Below are positions 12,275-24,860 of a stretch of DNA of 63,814 nucleotides, piece after piece. The notes under the pieces are model-generated. The model was not told where the DNA came from. It did no database searches and saw only the letters and a list, made by a program, of their open reading frames with translations. The stretch spans positions 1,863,775-1,927,588 of the forward strand of contig MU053994.1 in NCBI GenBank assembly GCA_013239625.1, written 5' to 3'. The first letter of the stretch is position 1. Each line of letters begins with the position of its first letter. A program made the translations under genes and the position numbers. Source of the DNA: Lama guanicoe (lineage: Eukaryota).

Positions 12275-12703
12275 GACAATAAGACCCTCCTGATCTGGTT
12301 CCGCTTACCAGTCAGGCTCCATCTATCCCTCCCCCGACCCTTGGCAGTGGTGCTGGCCTGGTCCTGCCTCTAAACTCTGACACTTGCTTTTCCCACCACC
12401 CAACTGCTCCTCACTGTCCCCCGTCTGCCTCACTCTGTCTGGGTATCTACCCCAAATCCCTTCCCCAACTAGCTTGTCGGCAATAAATAGCCTCCACCAC
12501 CCTCTCCTTACCCAACTTGACTCCTTTCCACGTAAGTTACATGAGACATTCATTCATCTACTTGTTTGTTGCCTGCCTTCCCATTTGATGGACGAATCCT
12601 GAGGATGGGAACCTTCACTGCTTTGTTCATCTCTCAACCCTCCATGCCCCAAACTGAAACTAAAACACAGTAGATGCTCAGGAAATCTTGTTAAATGAAT
12701 CGA
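12275..12703 (+). mobile_element. L2 3' region
   Basis: Ends 'cacagtagatgctcaggaaatcttgttaaatgaat'; internal 'tcctgaggatgggaacc...ctttgttcatctct'. Confidence 0.7.
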
Positions 12704-13071
12704 TCTGGGCACTTCCCCCTGCTTCACAATCTGATGTTAAGAGTCGTCATCTCTTTAGACAAAGCAGAGGAAATTGGACGTGGGGCGGGGGAGGGCTCGT
12801 CCAAGGCTCTGAAAAGGAAAGCCTTTATAACTGCTTCCCGCCCCCTCCCACTTACCCTGTCAACCCCCCATGAACTCCTCACCTACCCAGCCACTGACCT
12901 CTGGGATTCCCAGGCCAGGCCCCCAAAAAGAGGCAATCGGGAAACCAGGAACCAAGAATCTTGAGTTGAGAAATTGTGGGGGTTGGGGGGTGGGGGGAAT
13001 ACCTCTGTAGCCCCAGTCCAAAGTGCACACAATCGGGAATGCATAAATTAGAAGAAATCCATTCTAACCCC

Positions 13072-13218
13072 ACCTGGGCCTCGGTTTCCTCCTCTGTAAA
13101 ATGGGTGTAATACTTACCCAACAGCACTGTTGTGAGAATTAAGGGAGCTAAAGAAATTCACATAGAAACACACAGCCCAGTTCTCTGTGCCTGGTAGCTT
13201 TCAATAAACACTAGCTTA
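13072..13218 (+). mobile_element. MIR SINE
   Basis: 'gggcctcggtttcctcctctgtaaaatgggtgtaata...tgttgtgagaattaa'. Confidence 0.85.
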
Positions 13219-14207
13219 GGACTCTTTTTTTCTATTATCAGGATGCTCACGTCACAGTGCCTGGCACACAGGAGGACCTGGGAAACGTGGTCCTGAGCTT
13301 GTTTCTGGGGTCTCTTGGGTTTTGAATACACCAACAATAAAGTGATTATCACCTAAGATGTCCCTTTCACCTTGCAGTCCCCAAGGGCTGGGCTTGGAAA
13401 GGCTCTTAGACAATTGCTGTCACCTTGCGAGGCTGTTTCTTCCATGTCCTTCACCAAGTCCTCACTGAGGAGCTCAAGGAAAACGACAGAAAATTCTCAC
13501 AGCCTCCATCATTTCCACCTCAAACCTCGCTACCTCATACTTACTTATTTTCATGAATATTTTTTGACCCTGATCCCTTCACTAGGGATTTTGGGGCCCA
13601 GGCACGACCCAACTCTGCCTGGTTTCATTTTGCCCCTTTTCTGGAACCTGCCACCTCTGTCGGGGTGGCCAGCTAAAAGGGGGATTTGGTAAGATCTTGA
13701 AGGGGAACGATGATGAGATTTCAGTTGCTTCTCGTGTTTCAACCTCCTTTCTGATCCGGAAGGCGGGGAGGAGGCAGCCCACGTGGGCGACTCGGAAAAC
13801 AAGCAGAGATAAGAGCTTCTCGACAGGCCGGGCTAGCGGGCCCCTCATTCACACCGCTTCAAAGACAAACACTTTCCGTTTGTCGATTTGTTTTAGGCCT
13901 TGCCGAATCTGCAACTCTGTGGCCTTGACTCTAAAAATACATCTCCTGCAATAATGACGAGGCTGTTGCAAAGAGGAAAGCGTGCAGAGGAGAGACAGAG
14001 GGAGGCGAAGCGGAGGGCAGGCGAGAGAGAAACTGAATACCCAAACAGGAAGAAGGGATGTGGGGAAATTGCCCTGGCTGCTTCCGACCGGCCGACCACT
14101 GACGCCCAGCCAGGCCGCCTGCAGAAGCCAACAGCACGGGGCAGGGTGCTCCGCCAATTCATTAGAACCCGAACCCGAAGGAGGAGACGGTCCTATCTAG
14201 CCATGGT

Positions 14208-14375
14208 GACCCAGCTTCTAACTGTGGTCCACGCACCGGCAGCGGCGTCAGCATCACTTGCGAACCTTTTAGAAATACACATTTTCCGGCCCCACCCCAG
14301 CCCTGCTGAATCCGAATCTGCATTTTAACCAGCTCCCTGGTGACTCATGGGCACGCTAGAGTTTGAGAAGCAGAC
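14208..14375. mobile_element. MER5A-type hAT element
   Basis: 'tgtggtcc..accggcagc..cagcatcacttg..ttagaaat..ccggccccacccc..ctgctgaatc..aatctgcattttaac..agtttgagaagca'. Confidence 0.85.
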
Positions 14376-15079
14376 AGAGTCCCTAGTGCTGCACGGAAAG
14401 CACCCGATTGTCACTTCTCAGCCCTTCTGACAAACCAGGGGTCAGCCCTTCCCCCACTGAGGGGCTTCCTCTGGGGCCTTCCCTTTGGAGAAGGGAACCT
14501 CCTAGCAGGATCCAGCTGGGTTCCTTGTGACCACAGTTCATTTTGCTAGAATGCAGCAGCTCCCCACCCACCCCAGAGATAATGAGGAATATCTTTGGCC
14601 GGTCCTGTGTTCATCCAACATTCACACAAGGCAGGACGCAGGCTCATTACAGACCCAGTTGCTCCCCGGGGGCTCTCTGGGATTTGTCATTTGAGTCCTT
14701 TTCCTCCAGCCCTCATTGTTTTGTTTCTCCTTCCCTGGCTCCTGGCCTGAAATGTTTCCCTGTCTCCTCATCTTTATGAAACTCTATTTCACGGCCTCGG
14801 TGCGAGATTTTGATACATGCTGACACCCACCTGCATTCTCCCCTCCCCGTAGGCCTCGCTGACATATTTCAACTTTCCTTACTGTTCTCATCAGTTCTGC
14901 AAAGAGACCATCCTCTCCTCCTTTCTGCCTCGGCGGTCATAAACTCGGTTATTTAGTGTGGACTCCGTTTCCCTTCGCTCCGGCCCAGGCCGGGCAGGTG
15001 AGCAGTCAGGCCGTTGTTTAGATTCCGAGCAGGTGACAAACAGTTATGGTTGCTCTTTGCTGGAATTCTAAATAGTGCC

Positions 15080-15219
15080 NNNNNNNNNNNNNNNNNNNNN
15101 NNNNNNNNNNNNNNNNNNNNNNNNNNNNNNNNNNNNNNNNNNNNNNNNNNNNNNNNNNNNNNNNNNNNNNNNNNNNNNNNNNNNNNNNNNNNNNNNNNNN
15201 NNNNNNNNNNNNNNNNNNN
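15080..15219. other. assembly gap (N)
   Basis: Run of N. Confidence 1.
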
Positions 15220-15575
15220 TACAGACTTGCACTCCCCGAACCTATGCTTTAAAGATCGCACTAACTTTTTCAAGACAGTTTGTGGGGTGTTTTTCTATCA
15301 TTTTTTATGACGAAGGTAATGCGTGTCTATTTTAGAAGATATGGATACTGCAGATAAGCAAAAATAATTCTTTTATTATTATCACCTCTAATACTATGAC
15401 CAAGAAATAATCACTGTTAACATGTTAGTATATATTCTTTCAGTCTTTTTTCATTCTAAACACACGCAAGTATATTTCTCTCTCTCTCTCTTTTTTTTTT
15501 TACCGTCATTGCATATGTGCTAGCTTGTTTCCAAAGATGGCCACCATCATCAATTCCTTCTCGTCTTTTCTGGAG

Positions 15576-15758
15576 ACTTCCTGCTCTGGTCCCAGCTCAT
15601 ACCAACTCTCCAGAGCTGATTGTACCCATTTCTTCCCAACTCTGTGGTAAGTGACATCGTGTGGATAGCTTGAAATCAACCACGGCGGTAAATGCTATCA
15701 ATCAGGGCTTCTTTGGCCCCAGACATCCGGTTGTGAAACACTTACCCACGTACCGCTG
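15576..15758 (+). mobile_element. MER63A-like hAT element
   Basis: 'tcttcccaactctg..agtgacatc..tagcttgaaatcaacca' and end 'ccggttgtgaaacacttacccacgtaccgctg'. Confidence 0.7.
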
Positions 15759-15772
15759 CGTGTACATATGCC

Positions 15773-16880
15773 CACGGCCAACTTCATGGGTGTGCAATCC
15801 GAGCAGTCACCCAGGGCCCAGTGATCCAAATGGCTTCATTGACACAACATTGTAAACTGACTATACTACAATAAAAGAAAGAAATTTTAAAAATAAAATA
15901 AATTTAAAAATAAATGGCTTCACACTTGGTTTAATGCTCTGCTGTCGCCACCTTGAAATTCTTAACAATTTTTTATGTTTGAACTTGTCCTTTAGAAGTG
16001 AAGTCTGATGGGACGACAGAGCATCACGTGGTGAGAGGAGAGGCATACAAGATGTGTGGCGGCCATTTCTTGTTGCCCCATTAGCCTTGCTGCTCAGGAT
16101 GTCCCGTGAGCACAGAATGCTGGTGAAGCCACGATGCATGGGAGTTCAGGGAAGCAAAGTGAGCATGTGATGTGTACACCTGAGTAAGTGGGGGAGCTGA
16201 CAGCCCTAAGAGGCCACGCTTTCCATTTGAAACAGTATTTGCTCCAAACGCAGAAAGAAAGCAATGGGCGTTTGAAGAAACACAAATGACAGAGGAGCCC
16301 TGTCACATTCTCTCTTTCGTGACTTCCCTGTGTTAGTCAACTGCTCCCAATGGTGATGAGAAGAACAGGGGAAGACAGGACACCCCAGAATTCCCTTCCC
16401 TTCCACTCCCTCCCCCTACTTACTGACGGCTGAGCAGAAGATGGAGCGTTGGCAAAACGTGCGCGTATCAAGAAGTCAAATAAGAATCAGGCTATTTGCG
16501 TGCAGTTTTTCCACTGTTCTGCTAAGAACAAACTATATATGGGTGTCCAAGACTCGAAACACAAATAGTGTCATTTCAGCGGTTCTACACAAGAGTTCAA
16601 TGCTCTTATACTTGCATTTAAAACTGACATTGCAGGATCCATAGATAAATGGCAAATCCATGTTAATAATTTAAATTTTTAATTTTTCTCTACTTAGAAC
16701 CACATTAAATAGAACATTTACAAACACCATGACAAGTCAAGAGAGAGACCATGGGAGAAAGGGGAAAAGCTAATATATTTCAGTACCTCTAACAGCACTT
16801 TTTCCTGATTTTTTGAACAAGGGGCCCTGCATTTTCATTTTGCACTGGGCTCCACAAATTGTGCAGTGGAGCCAGCTCTG
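15773..16880 (+). mobile_element. MER45B-like hAT-Tip100 element (~1.1 kb)
   Basis: 5' 'cacggccaacttcatgggtgtgc..gcagtcacccagggccc', 'cttggtttaatgctctgctgtcgccaccttgaaattc'; 3' 'tttgaacaaggggccctgcattttcattttgcactgggctccacaaatt'. Confidence 0.85.
15839..15911 (+). mobile_element. 73-bp L1 3'-terminal insertion inside MER45
   Basis: 'ttgacacaacattgtaaactgactatactacaataaaa' plus A-rich tail; perfect 11-bp TSD aaatggcttca at 15828-15838 and 15912-15922. Confidence 0.88.
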
Positions 16881-17464
16881 CCATGCCATTTCCCACTGAG
16901 GGGTTGAGTCTATTCCTCTACCTCCTGAATCTAGTCTGGCTTGTGACTGCTTTGACCAGTAGAATTCCATAGAAGTGAGCTTTCTTGGTTGTACACGTCA
17001 CCTTTAACAGAACCGGAGGTTTCTGTTTCCTGCTTCTTAGAGCTCTGAGCCACCATGAAAGAAGCCCAGGCTGCTTTGCTCAAGAGAGAAGTCATGTGCA
17101 AGAGTACTGGGGCACCAGACATGTGAGTGCAGAAGCCACCTTGAAGGTCCAGCCTAGTCCAGCCTTCAGATGAGTCCAGCCCCAGTTGCATTCTAAATGC
17201 AACCCCACGAGCGACTGCAGGCAAAAACCACCCAGCTGAGTTCTGTCAACACAAAGAATCATGAGAGATAATAATAAACTGTTATTTAATGCCGCTAAGC
17301 TTTGGGATGGTTTGTTCAGCAGCAACAGGTAACTACAGCAATATCCTTCCCCTTTCATAATGTGTGCTTTTAGATCTTAAAGAGAAAATTCTAGATTTTT
17401 TTCCCCAAGAATCAGAGCACTAAGTGGACAATGTTAGGGTGAGATGCAAACTGCAATGAAGCAG

Positions 17465-17685
17465 GACAGTATGATCTCAAAGTTTAGCATGCTGGAGATT
17501 CATGGGGGGCAAGGGGATTGGGGACACATTAGAAATGCAGCTCTTCTGCCTCCAGCCTCCCAGATTAGGATTCAGTAAATCTGGGGTGTGGCCAAGGCAT
17601 CTGTACTTTTCCAAGCTCCCCCACCCCGGCCACCACCAAGTTTTGGAGGAGGCTTTTGGTGGGCTGCAGTCTGCAAAACGCTGCT
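17465..17685. mobile_element. MER5B-like hAT element
   Basis: 'ttagaaatgcag..gattcagtaaatctggggtgtggccaaggcatctgtacttttccaagctcccc'. Confidence 0.6.
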
Positions 17686-18914
17686 TCAGGGAGGATTAAT
17701 CCACAGTGGAAACGGGCTGTTGATTTCAGTCAGAAGATTCCCAACTTATATATGAAAAAGAACAGAGAAAGCAAACAACAAACTATTCTTATTACAGGTT
17801 AAACAGAATTTTCAGGACCATGCAGAGGGGCTGAGAGGGAGAACATGCCATCAGACCCTTCCTTTGCGTTATCATTCCCAAAGGAGACATGGGTGGCCCC
17901 AAAATGACGCTTGATTTTACTTCTTCAGAGGGAACTAAAAACCAAACAAATATTCTAGGTAGCTGTACCAAAAGAAAAATGATATTCTTAAAATTCCAAT
18001 TTTGGTTAGATTGTGACTCATGCATCTTCTTCTAAGTCACCATAGACTATTTATTTATTTATTGGTGTTTCTAAAAGGAAAGAAGAGACATGCTTCTGTT
18101 AAGAGTGAAACAATTATTATATCAGCTACATCATTTAAATTGGCTTTGAAAAACATTGTGTCTACCCAGTTATTATAATCAGGTGTCTACGGGAAGTGAC
18201 TTATGCATCTTTGCTTCCTAGCTCCTTGAATTGTGCCTGCCTCTAAGTGGGTGAGCAGTAATTATTTGCCAAATGAATTAATTTGAGTTATTAATAAATG
18301 TGAAGCATCAAACAAAGGTACAGTCTTGACGTCATACAGACATCACTGGATGTGATTAGCATTCAATGGACCTAATTCCCTTGTAGGAAATGTCCTAAAA
18401 GAGAGAGACAATAAACACATCTTGGTGAAATAAATAAAGATTCCCAGAAATGTCTGAATCCCTGGGAAGCAGTTATGATCTGGCAGCTCTCAGGGAGAGA
18501 CTTTAATGGAGCCAAGTTTGCTGAGTATCCCCGACCCACAGAGTGTGAGGGATGACAGGTGTGCCCCCGGCCACAGAGAATGGGCGTGACCAGAGACCTG
18601 GACCAAAAAACAAACGGGCATCTGCATGACAAGCAGAGAGGTGATGGGAATAAATGGTGCTCATCCTCATCTTCTTAGTCTATAAAGTTGTTCCAATTAT
18701 ACATATCTCACAAGGTTTTCAGGAGAATTCAAGGACGCACAAACCCACACAAAGACTCTTATACAGTGCCTGGTACATAATAGCTCCTCAACAAAATGTT
18801 ATCTCCTATTCCGTTTCCCCGCAGTCTCACTACCCTGGGTGATTCTTTCATGCTTCTGCTTTCCCTGACGATAGTAGTTTTTGTTATAAAGGAAGCTGAG
18901 AATGGGGGGGGGGT

Positions 18915-19170
18915 GTATCAGTCAGCGTTTGTTGCATAACAAACCATCCCAGACTTAGTAGTTTAAAATAACCCTCATTTATGCTTGCTCCTACATCTGT
19001 AGTTCAGCTAATCCGCTTCTAGCTGCTAGTCTGCCTGGGTGTGGCTCCTCATCACCAGGTCAAGTCTGACTCCAGGTCCCAGAAGGAGGGGACAGCTACC
19101 AGAAGAAAGCACTTTCTCATGGCAGTGACAGAGGTGCAAAAGGGTAAGCCCAACCATGCAACCACACGTC
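18915..19170 (-). mobile_element. MLT1 (I/J-like) LTR fragment
   Basis: 'tgtatcagtcagcgtttgttgcataacaaaccatcccagacttagtagtttaaaataac', 'ttctcatggcagtgacagaggtgcaa'. Confidence 0.75.
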
Positions 19171-19174
19171 CAGC

Positions 19175-19500
19175 TAGAAAGACAAAAGGAGGAGATGCTC
19201 GAAATACAGCCTAGAAGCTGGGGCCACCTGGGAAAAGCTGTGGCCACAGTCTATCAGAGGGAACTGAAGCTTTGGAGGAGAGCCAGCTGCTGCAGTGATG
19301 TCACCCAATGCAGGGAGGGGGGAACAACTACCCTGGTGTCATCCGCCTCTTTCAGTCCCTGGACTTCCGTCAGTGTCTCCCATTGACCAAATGTGCTAGC
19401 AAGTCAGAGAACCAAGGGAGCGGGAAATGCAGTTCCCTGTGAGACAGAGCAGAGTAGAAAAGGCAGGGATGGATCTGGAAGCAAACTGGTGAATGTGACC
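19175..19500. mobile_element. diverged ERV LTR-like fragment
   Basis: 'gtctcccattgaccaaa..gcaagtcagagaaccaagggagc..gacagagcagagtagaaaagg..gatggatctgga'; resembles 47970-48395. Confidence 0.45.
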
Positions 19501-20680
19501 AAATGTCCTTGGCCTGGACCTGTCCGCACACGTAGGCAACGCACCGCCCAAGCACAGCAGCAGCCACTCCCAGGGCCCCACCCGCACCCCTTGGCACTGA
19601 CTGATCCGGCACCACCAGCGTCTCACTGCAGGCGCCTGCGGCTCTGCCTCAGGGCTTCCCCTGCTCACGGGAGCTCGCCTGGGCTGCGTGCTGGGCGGGC
19701 TTGAAACGCTGCAGAGTTGGCGCTCCTGCTTATGGATCAGAGTCGATAGCTCACATCCTTCACCCCGGGAGCAAGCTTTACGTGGTCTCTTAGAGGTCCT
19801 CGGTGGGACTGAGCCTTGGTGGCCCCCTGTGCTAATCTGTGCCTTATACCACATTCCGTGTTGACTTCCTTTCCTTCCCTCTCATCCTTACTCCCATCAC
19901 AACTCAACTCCTTCAGCCAGCCTGACGGACGCCCCAGCGCAACTCACAGCTGCATTTGTGCCTTCATGGCGAAGCGAGAACAAGCCGGGCGCCAGGACCA
20001 GGGGGTGGGCCCAGGACTGGGCTCCCTGCACCCATCCCTAGGATTCATCCCGCCTCACACACGCCGGAGCCCTATTTGGCTCCTCCCACCCACCGCATTC
20101 AGAAGGGCTTCCTTTTCATTCCTTCCACGGGAGGAAGAGCAGAGCTGGAGAGGCTCAGCGAGCCCCTCCAGCAAAAGTCAGGGGCAGACTCAGGCGTGGA
20201 ACGTTCTCCCAGAATCTCTGCCCTGTTCCCGCTCCCAAGCCCCCTCATCTGCCCCCAGCACCCCCGCGAAAAACCGCTCCCTCCCCCAGAAGGGAGGGAG
20301 TTAAGTGCCCCGTTACCAAGGAACTGCCACACTAGCCACCAAAGTGACTGCTCGTTATTTGAACACTTTCTTCTATTTGACTGAATACAGGAAAAATGTC
20401 ACAAATAGAATATTCATCATCCCCCTCGTGCGCCTTTTCTTCCCTGCTTATCTCCCTGCTGTCATGTACGAATCCCAGCTTCAGGTTCATTTGGTATGTT
20501 GAGTGCAAGCCCGGGGAGAGGATGCCGCTGAGAGCCTTGCCCACGTGCTCCGGGCGGCGACAGCCCTCCCTCCCCACTGGTGACATCCCACCAGACAAAC
20601 GCCACTCACGCTGACCCCCTCGAGAGTCGGACAACGGCTGCCTGAGCGGAGGGGCCTTCTGCTCCGCGCAGAGGGAACAT

Positions 20681-21003
20681 NNNNNNNNNNNNNNNNNNNN
20701 NNNNNNNNNNNNNNNNNNNNNNNNNNNNNNNNNNNNNNNNNNNNNNNNNNNNNNNNNNNNNNNNNNNNNNNNNNNNNNNNNNNNNNNNNNNNNNNNNNNN
20801 NNNNNNNNNNNNNNNNNNNNNNNNNNNNNNNNNNNNNNNNNNNNNNNNNNNNNNNNNNNNNNNNNNNNNNNNNNNNNNNNNNNNNNNNNNNNNNNNNNNN
20901 NNNNNNNNNNNNNNNNNNNNNNNNNNNNNNNNNNNNNNNNNNNNNNNNNNNNNNNNNNNNNNNNNNNNNNNNNNNNNNNNNNNNNNNNNNNNNNNNNNNN
21001 NNN
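20681..21003. other. assembly gap (N) adjoining CpG-rich sequence
   Basis: Run of N. Confidence 1.
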
Positions 21004-21114
21004 NGAGATGCGGTTTCCCAAACCTGGTCCTCCTCCAGCCAGGCCCCACCCTACAGATGGCCCTGTCAGGCTGCAGGGAACACGTTTCTAGGACTGGAAA
21101 AATCAAAGTACTTA

Positions 21115-22005
21115 TTGCCCTGACAATTAGATATTATGTTCGACTGCAGTAACACGAGCCCGAAAACTGGTGGCTTAAAAAAAAAAAGATGGATTTCTTT
21201 TTCTGTCCTGTACTATCAGTCCACAGCCAGGCCAACCAGGGCTGTAAGGCTGCTTCATGCAGCCACCAAGGACCCAGTCCTTTTCTCTTTCATTCTGAGG
21301 AGGTGACTGTCACCCTGTGCTCTTAAGATGTCCACTGGAACTCCAGGCATCACAGCCGAATTTCAGGAAGGATAAAGAGAAAGGGCGGAAGGGGGCTTGC
21401 AAGCTGATTCAGCCTCCCTTCTGAAGAACTTTCCAGAAATCCCACCCAAGAACTCCAGCTTAACATCTCATTGATCAGCAGCTGGAAGGGAGGCTGGGAA
21501 ATCTAAGTTTTGAGCTGAGTTTGTTGCCCTCATCCATAAAATTGCAGTTGTGTTCATGTTGTGGGCTGAATCGTATCTCCCCGCAATTCGTATGCTGAAG
21601 TCCTAACCCCCAGTGCCTCGGAAGACGACTGTATTTGGAGATAGGGTCTTTAAAGAGGTGATTAAGTTAAGTGNNNNNNNNNNNNNNNNNNNNNNNNNNN
21701 NNNNNNNNNNNNNNNNNNNNNNNNNNNNNNNNNNNNNNNNNNNNNNNNNNNNNNNNNNNNNNNNNNNNNNNNNNNNNNNNNNNNNNNNNNNNNNNNNNNN
21801 NNNNNNNNNNNNNNNAGAATGAAACCAGCCCTGCCAAGGTCCCGCCATCTTGATCTTGGACTTTCAGCCTCTCAAACTGTAAGAAAATAAATTCCAGCTG
21901 TTTAAGCCACGTGATCTGTGGCACCTAGTTATGGCAGCCCAAGCAGACTAAGACAGGCAGTGAGGAAAAGAGAAGAGCGGTCAGGGATATGCAATTACCA
22001 ATACC
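21115..22005 (-). mobile_element. old MLT1 (K-like) LTR interrupted by an MLT1B
   Basis: 'gactgcagtaacacgag..ggtggcttaaa', 'aactccaggcatcacagcc..ttcagg', 'ggaagggaggctgggaaat'; resumes after 21955. Confidence 0.65.
21557..21955 (+). mobile_element. MLT1B/MLT1A-like solo LTR (contains N gap 21674-21815)
   Basis: 'tgttgtgggctgaat..gaagtcctaacccccagt..gactgtatttggagatagggtctttaaagaggtgattaagttaa' ... 'gttatggcagcccaagcagactaagaca'. Confidence 0.9.
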
Positions 22006-22814
22006 TGGCACATTTGGGAAATCCTTGTCTTTATTACCTGAGCTTCTTAAGATCCTTTTAAAGGCAGTTTTCAGCAGGTGTATGCAGAGGGCCTGTACCA
22101 CCCCCTCTTCCCTAACCAGCTCTCCCCACCCTCCACTTCTCTCTTGTCTTTGCAGGACTCTCCTCCCTGGAAATGCTTATGTAAAACTGTGGCCTCTCTG
22201 GAATGATTTGCGAAGTACTGAAATAGCCCTCCCTCCCTTCCACTGGCCATAAATAGCCTGAAAGTCTGAAGTCGGTGCTTCATTCCTTTGGTTAATCTAT
22301 TATTTCCTATGAAAGTGCAAATTAAATGGCAAATGATGTAGCTCTGGCAGCCCAGAGCGGGTTGTGATGGGGAGAGCATGGGGCAGGACCAGGGAGGATG
22401 GCTAGAAAGTGGGTACCAAAGAGCCAGAGGTCAGAACAAGAGCACAGGTGGGGATGCTACCCGCAAAGGGGTCCGTTGAACACTGCCAGGCTCATCCTTT
22501 TTTGCTAAAAGGGGATGTGGAAGGGTGCTGGGGTCAGGATCAAATGTTTTCTCAGGGAAGACCTGGTACCTCCGCCCCATCTCAACCTCTGCTGAAACCA
22601 TATTCAGGCCTCACCCTCCGGCACACTCCCTCACCCGCTCTCCCTCCACTGCGCACCAAGTTTCTCCACAGGAAACAAACAGGCAGTTGAATCGGGCTGT
22701 TCTCCCCATCCCCCCTACCCCTCCGTGTGCCACGACACTGGTTCCCTCACAGCAGATGCCTCAGACCCGGGACGTTTGTCTCCATCTTTGCTGTGCGTGC
22801 CAGCTGGCTGAAAG

Positions 22815-23900
22815 TGTTAAACTTCCCAAGTCCTTTTGTATCCAAAAACATCTTTCATTTGCCTCCACACTTTGAATACTTACTAGTTGTCTCAAGGCTA
22901 TACCGCCCTTTTCAACTCAGCTCCATACGCTGGGGCTAGAAGACTGCAAATACTTCCCAGCTGCCTTTCTGGAAGGTTCTGCCAATAGGAGGCACTGGTA
23001 GGAGGTAAGAAAGCAGGAGAAAAGGAGAAACTTCGTGTTCCTGGCTCCAATAAGATGCAGCCGCTGATTTCTCTCTCCCTGGTTGGACCTTGACGGATGC
23101 AAGTATGGAATTCAAATCTCAAAATAATCTTCCTTCAGAACTTTGAAGACAATGCACCATCGTCTTCTAGCTTTCCAGCTGAGGTGTTTAAAGCTAGGTT
23201 ACTCTTTTTTATCTTTCTGGAAAATTTGGATTTCTTTTGTAATTATCCTCAGAGTTCAAAATCTTGATGCCTTCAGGGACGGGTCTTTTATAAATCTCCT
23301 TGTTGGGCACTTGGTCTGCTCTCTACATCTAAAGATTGAAGTTTTTCTCCAGCTCCGGGAAACTGTTTATTCTGGTATGACTTTGATAATTTCCTCTCCC
23401 ACAAGCTCTCTGTTCTTTGCTTCTGAAAAGTCCTGTTAGATCGATATGTGAATTTCAGGTCCTGATCCATGTCTCTTAATTTTTCTCTGATACAGCTTTT
23501 TTTTTTTTTTAATCTCCATGTCTTTTTGTACTTGTTGAGAGCATAGTTCAGCCCAGCATCAGTTTAGTCTTTGGCTATGGCCAGTCAGCTACTTCATCCA
23601 ATAAGCTTCTGATATTAGCAATTGTGGTTTGTTTTTTTTTTTTTCATTCCCAGAACTCCAACAGATTCTTTTGACAACAAACAGCTCTTTCTTTATGCGT
23701 AACACTTTTACTTAATTGAAATCTCTCTCCAGATCCTGGGAGAATTCTGTGGGGATTAGTTCTCTTGTTTGTTTATTTGGGTGCCTCTCCTTCACAACTT
23801 TGGTTTTCCTTGAATACGTTTAATAATTCTGTACTCTGGGTTCCTGTTACAGATAAATGTCCAGGCTTATCTACAGTGGAGGCTGGTGGGCCTTTTCTAA
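22815..23900 (-). mobile_element. old L1/HAL1-like ORF1-region fossil, with an LTR-like insert at about 22895-23085
   Basis: Antisense L1-ORF1-type text: 'tttccttcagaactttgaagac..ccatcgtcttctagctttccag', 'ttctccagctccgggaaa..ctttgataatttcctctcc', 'tccatgtctcttaatttttctct'. Confidence 0.6.
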
Positions 23901-24527
23901 GTTCCAGTGAAAAATACCGGCTCTCATGACCATGAAAGCCAGTTCTGGTTGTGGAAGCCTGGACTCGTGACTGTTTTGGTGAAGAAGGCCTTGGATCAAG
24001 CCACCTTTCGGTGTTGACATCTGCTAGCTTGTTCTCCAACCGTGGGGACACCCTTCCTGACTGGCCGCTGCCTGGGGCCATGCCCTTGTCTCCAGCCACT
24101 GCGGGGCGGAGGAGGGGGTGTTTCTGAGAGACAGCCCCCAGGTTACAGAGTTTCCTCATGGCTTCAGCCTAGAGGCGAACATCAAAGCCAGCTCCCTGAG
24201 AGCTGAGGTCAGGGGCAGAACCTTTAACTCCCAGCCTCACCAACAGTCCCACAGCCCACCCTCCCTCCTCCAACCCTGGCTGCCTCTGGTCTTGGGATTC
24301 TTCTAGAGTTTTCCAGAAAACTCACCTTTGGGGGGGGGAGAGCTCTGTTTCACCTGTGTAGAAATTGGCATCTTCGGCACCACTGTGAGGATCCGACCTC
24401 CCTTACATCTTCCCCAAATTTCTGAGCAACAGATAACACCTTCCCCAGCTTCCCAGCTTCCCAGCTAGGCTCTTGGCTTCATGTCACATTTAAGCATGAA
24501 AAACTTCATATATATCAAATATGTAGT

Positions 24528-24860
24528 GAACATTATGCTAAGTGAACTAAGCCAGTGACGAAAAGACAAATACTGTAAGATTCCACTCATATGAAGTAGT
24601 CAGTAGTCAAAATCCCAGACATGAAGTGGAAAGGAAGTGGTTGTCAGAGACTGGCCGGGAGTGGGGAATAGGGAGTTAGTGTTTAATGGGAATAGAGTTG
24701 CAAGATGAAAAGTTCTCAAGTTTTGCAAGATGAAAAGGCTTCCGGAGATTGGTTGCACAGCCATGTGACTGTACTTAACACTGCTGAACTGGACGCTTTA
24801 AAATGGTTCAGATGGTAGACTTTATGGTGTGTATTTTACCGCAATTAAATATTTTTTAAT
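24528..24860 (+). mobile_element. L1MB-like 3' end
   Basis: 'aacattatgctaagtgaactaagccagt..aaaagacaaatactgtaagattccact', 'gagttagtgtttaatggg', 'tgtacttaacactgctgaactg..taaaatggtt'. Confidence 0.9.

Larger units (their letters stand above)
15516..17340 (+). mobile_element. MLT1 (H/G-like) solo LTR in pieces (about 15516-15570, 15759-15772, 16881-17340), interrupted by MER63 and MER45
   Basis: 5' 'tgtgctagcttgtttccaaagatggccacc'; resumes 'cccactgaggggttgagtctattcc..tgtgactgctttgaccagtagaat'; 3' 'gccgctaagctttgggatggtttgttcagcagcaacaggtaact'. Confidence 0.75.

Noticed and set aside
13900-14328. 142-aa basic (R/E-rich) ORF
   Set aside because: Composition follows a GA-rich tract, and the 3' part reads through MER5A.
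19816-19832. Weaker CTCF-like strings (also ~39942, ~56340, ~60750)
   Set aside because: Each misses key core positions or lies within L2.
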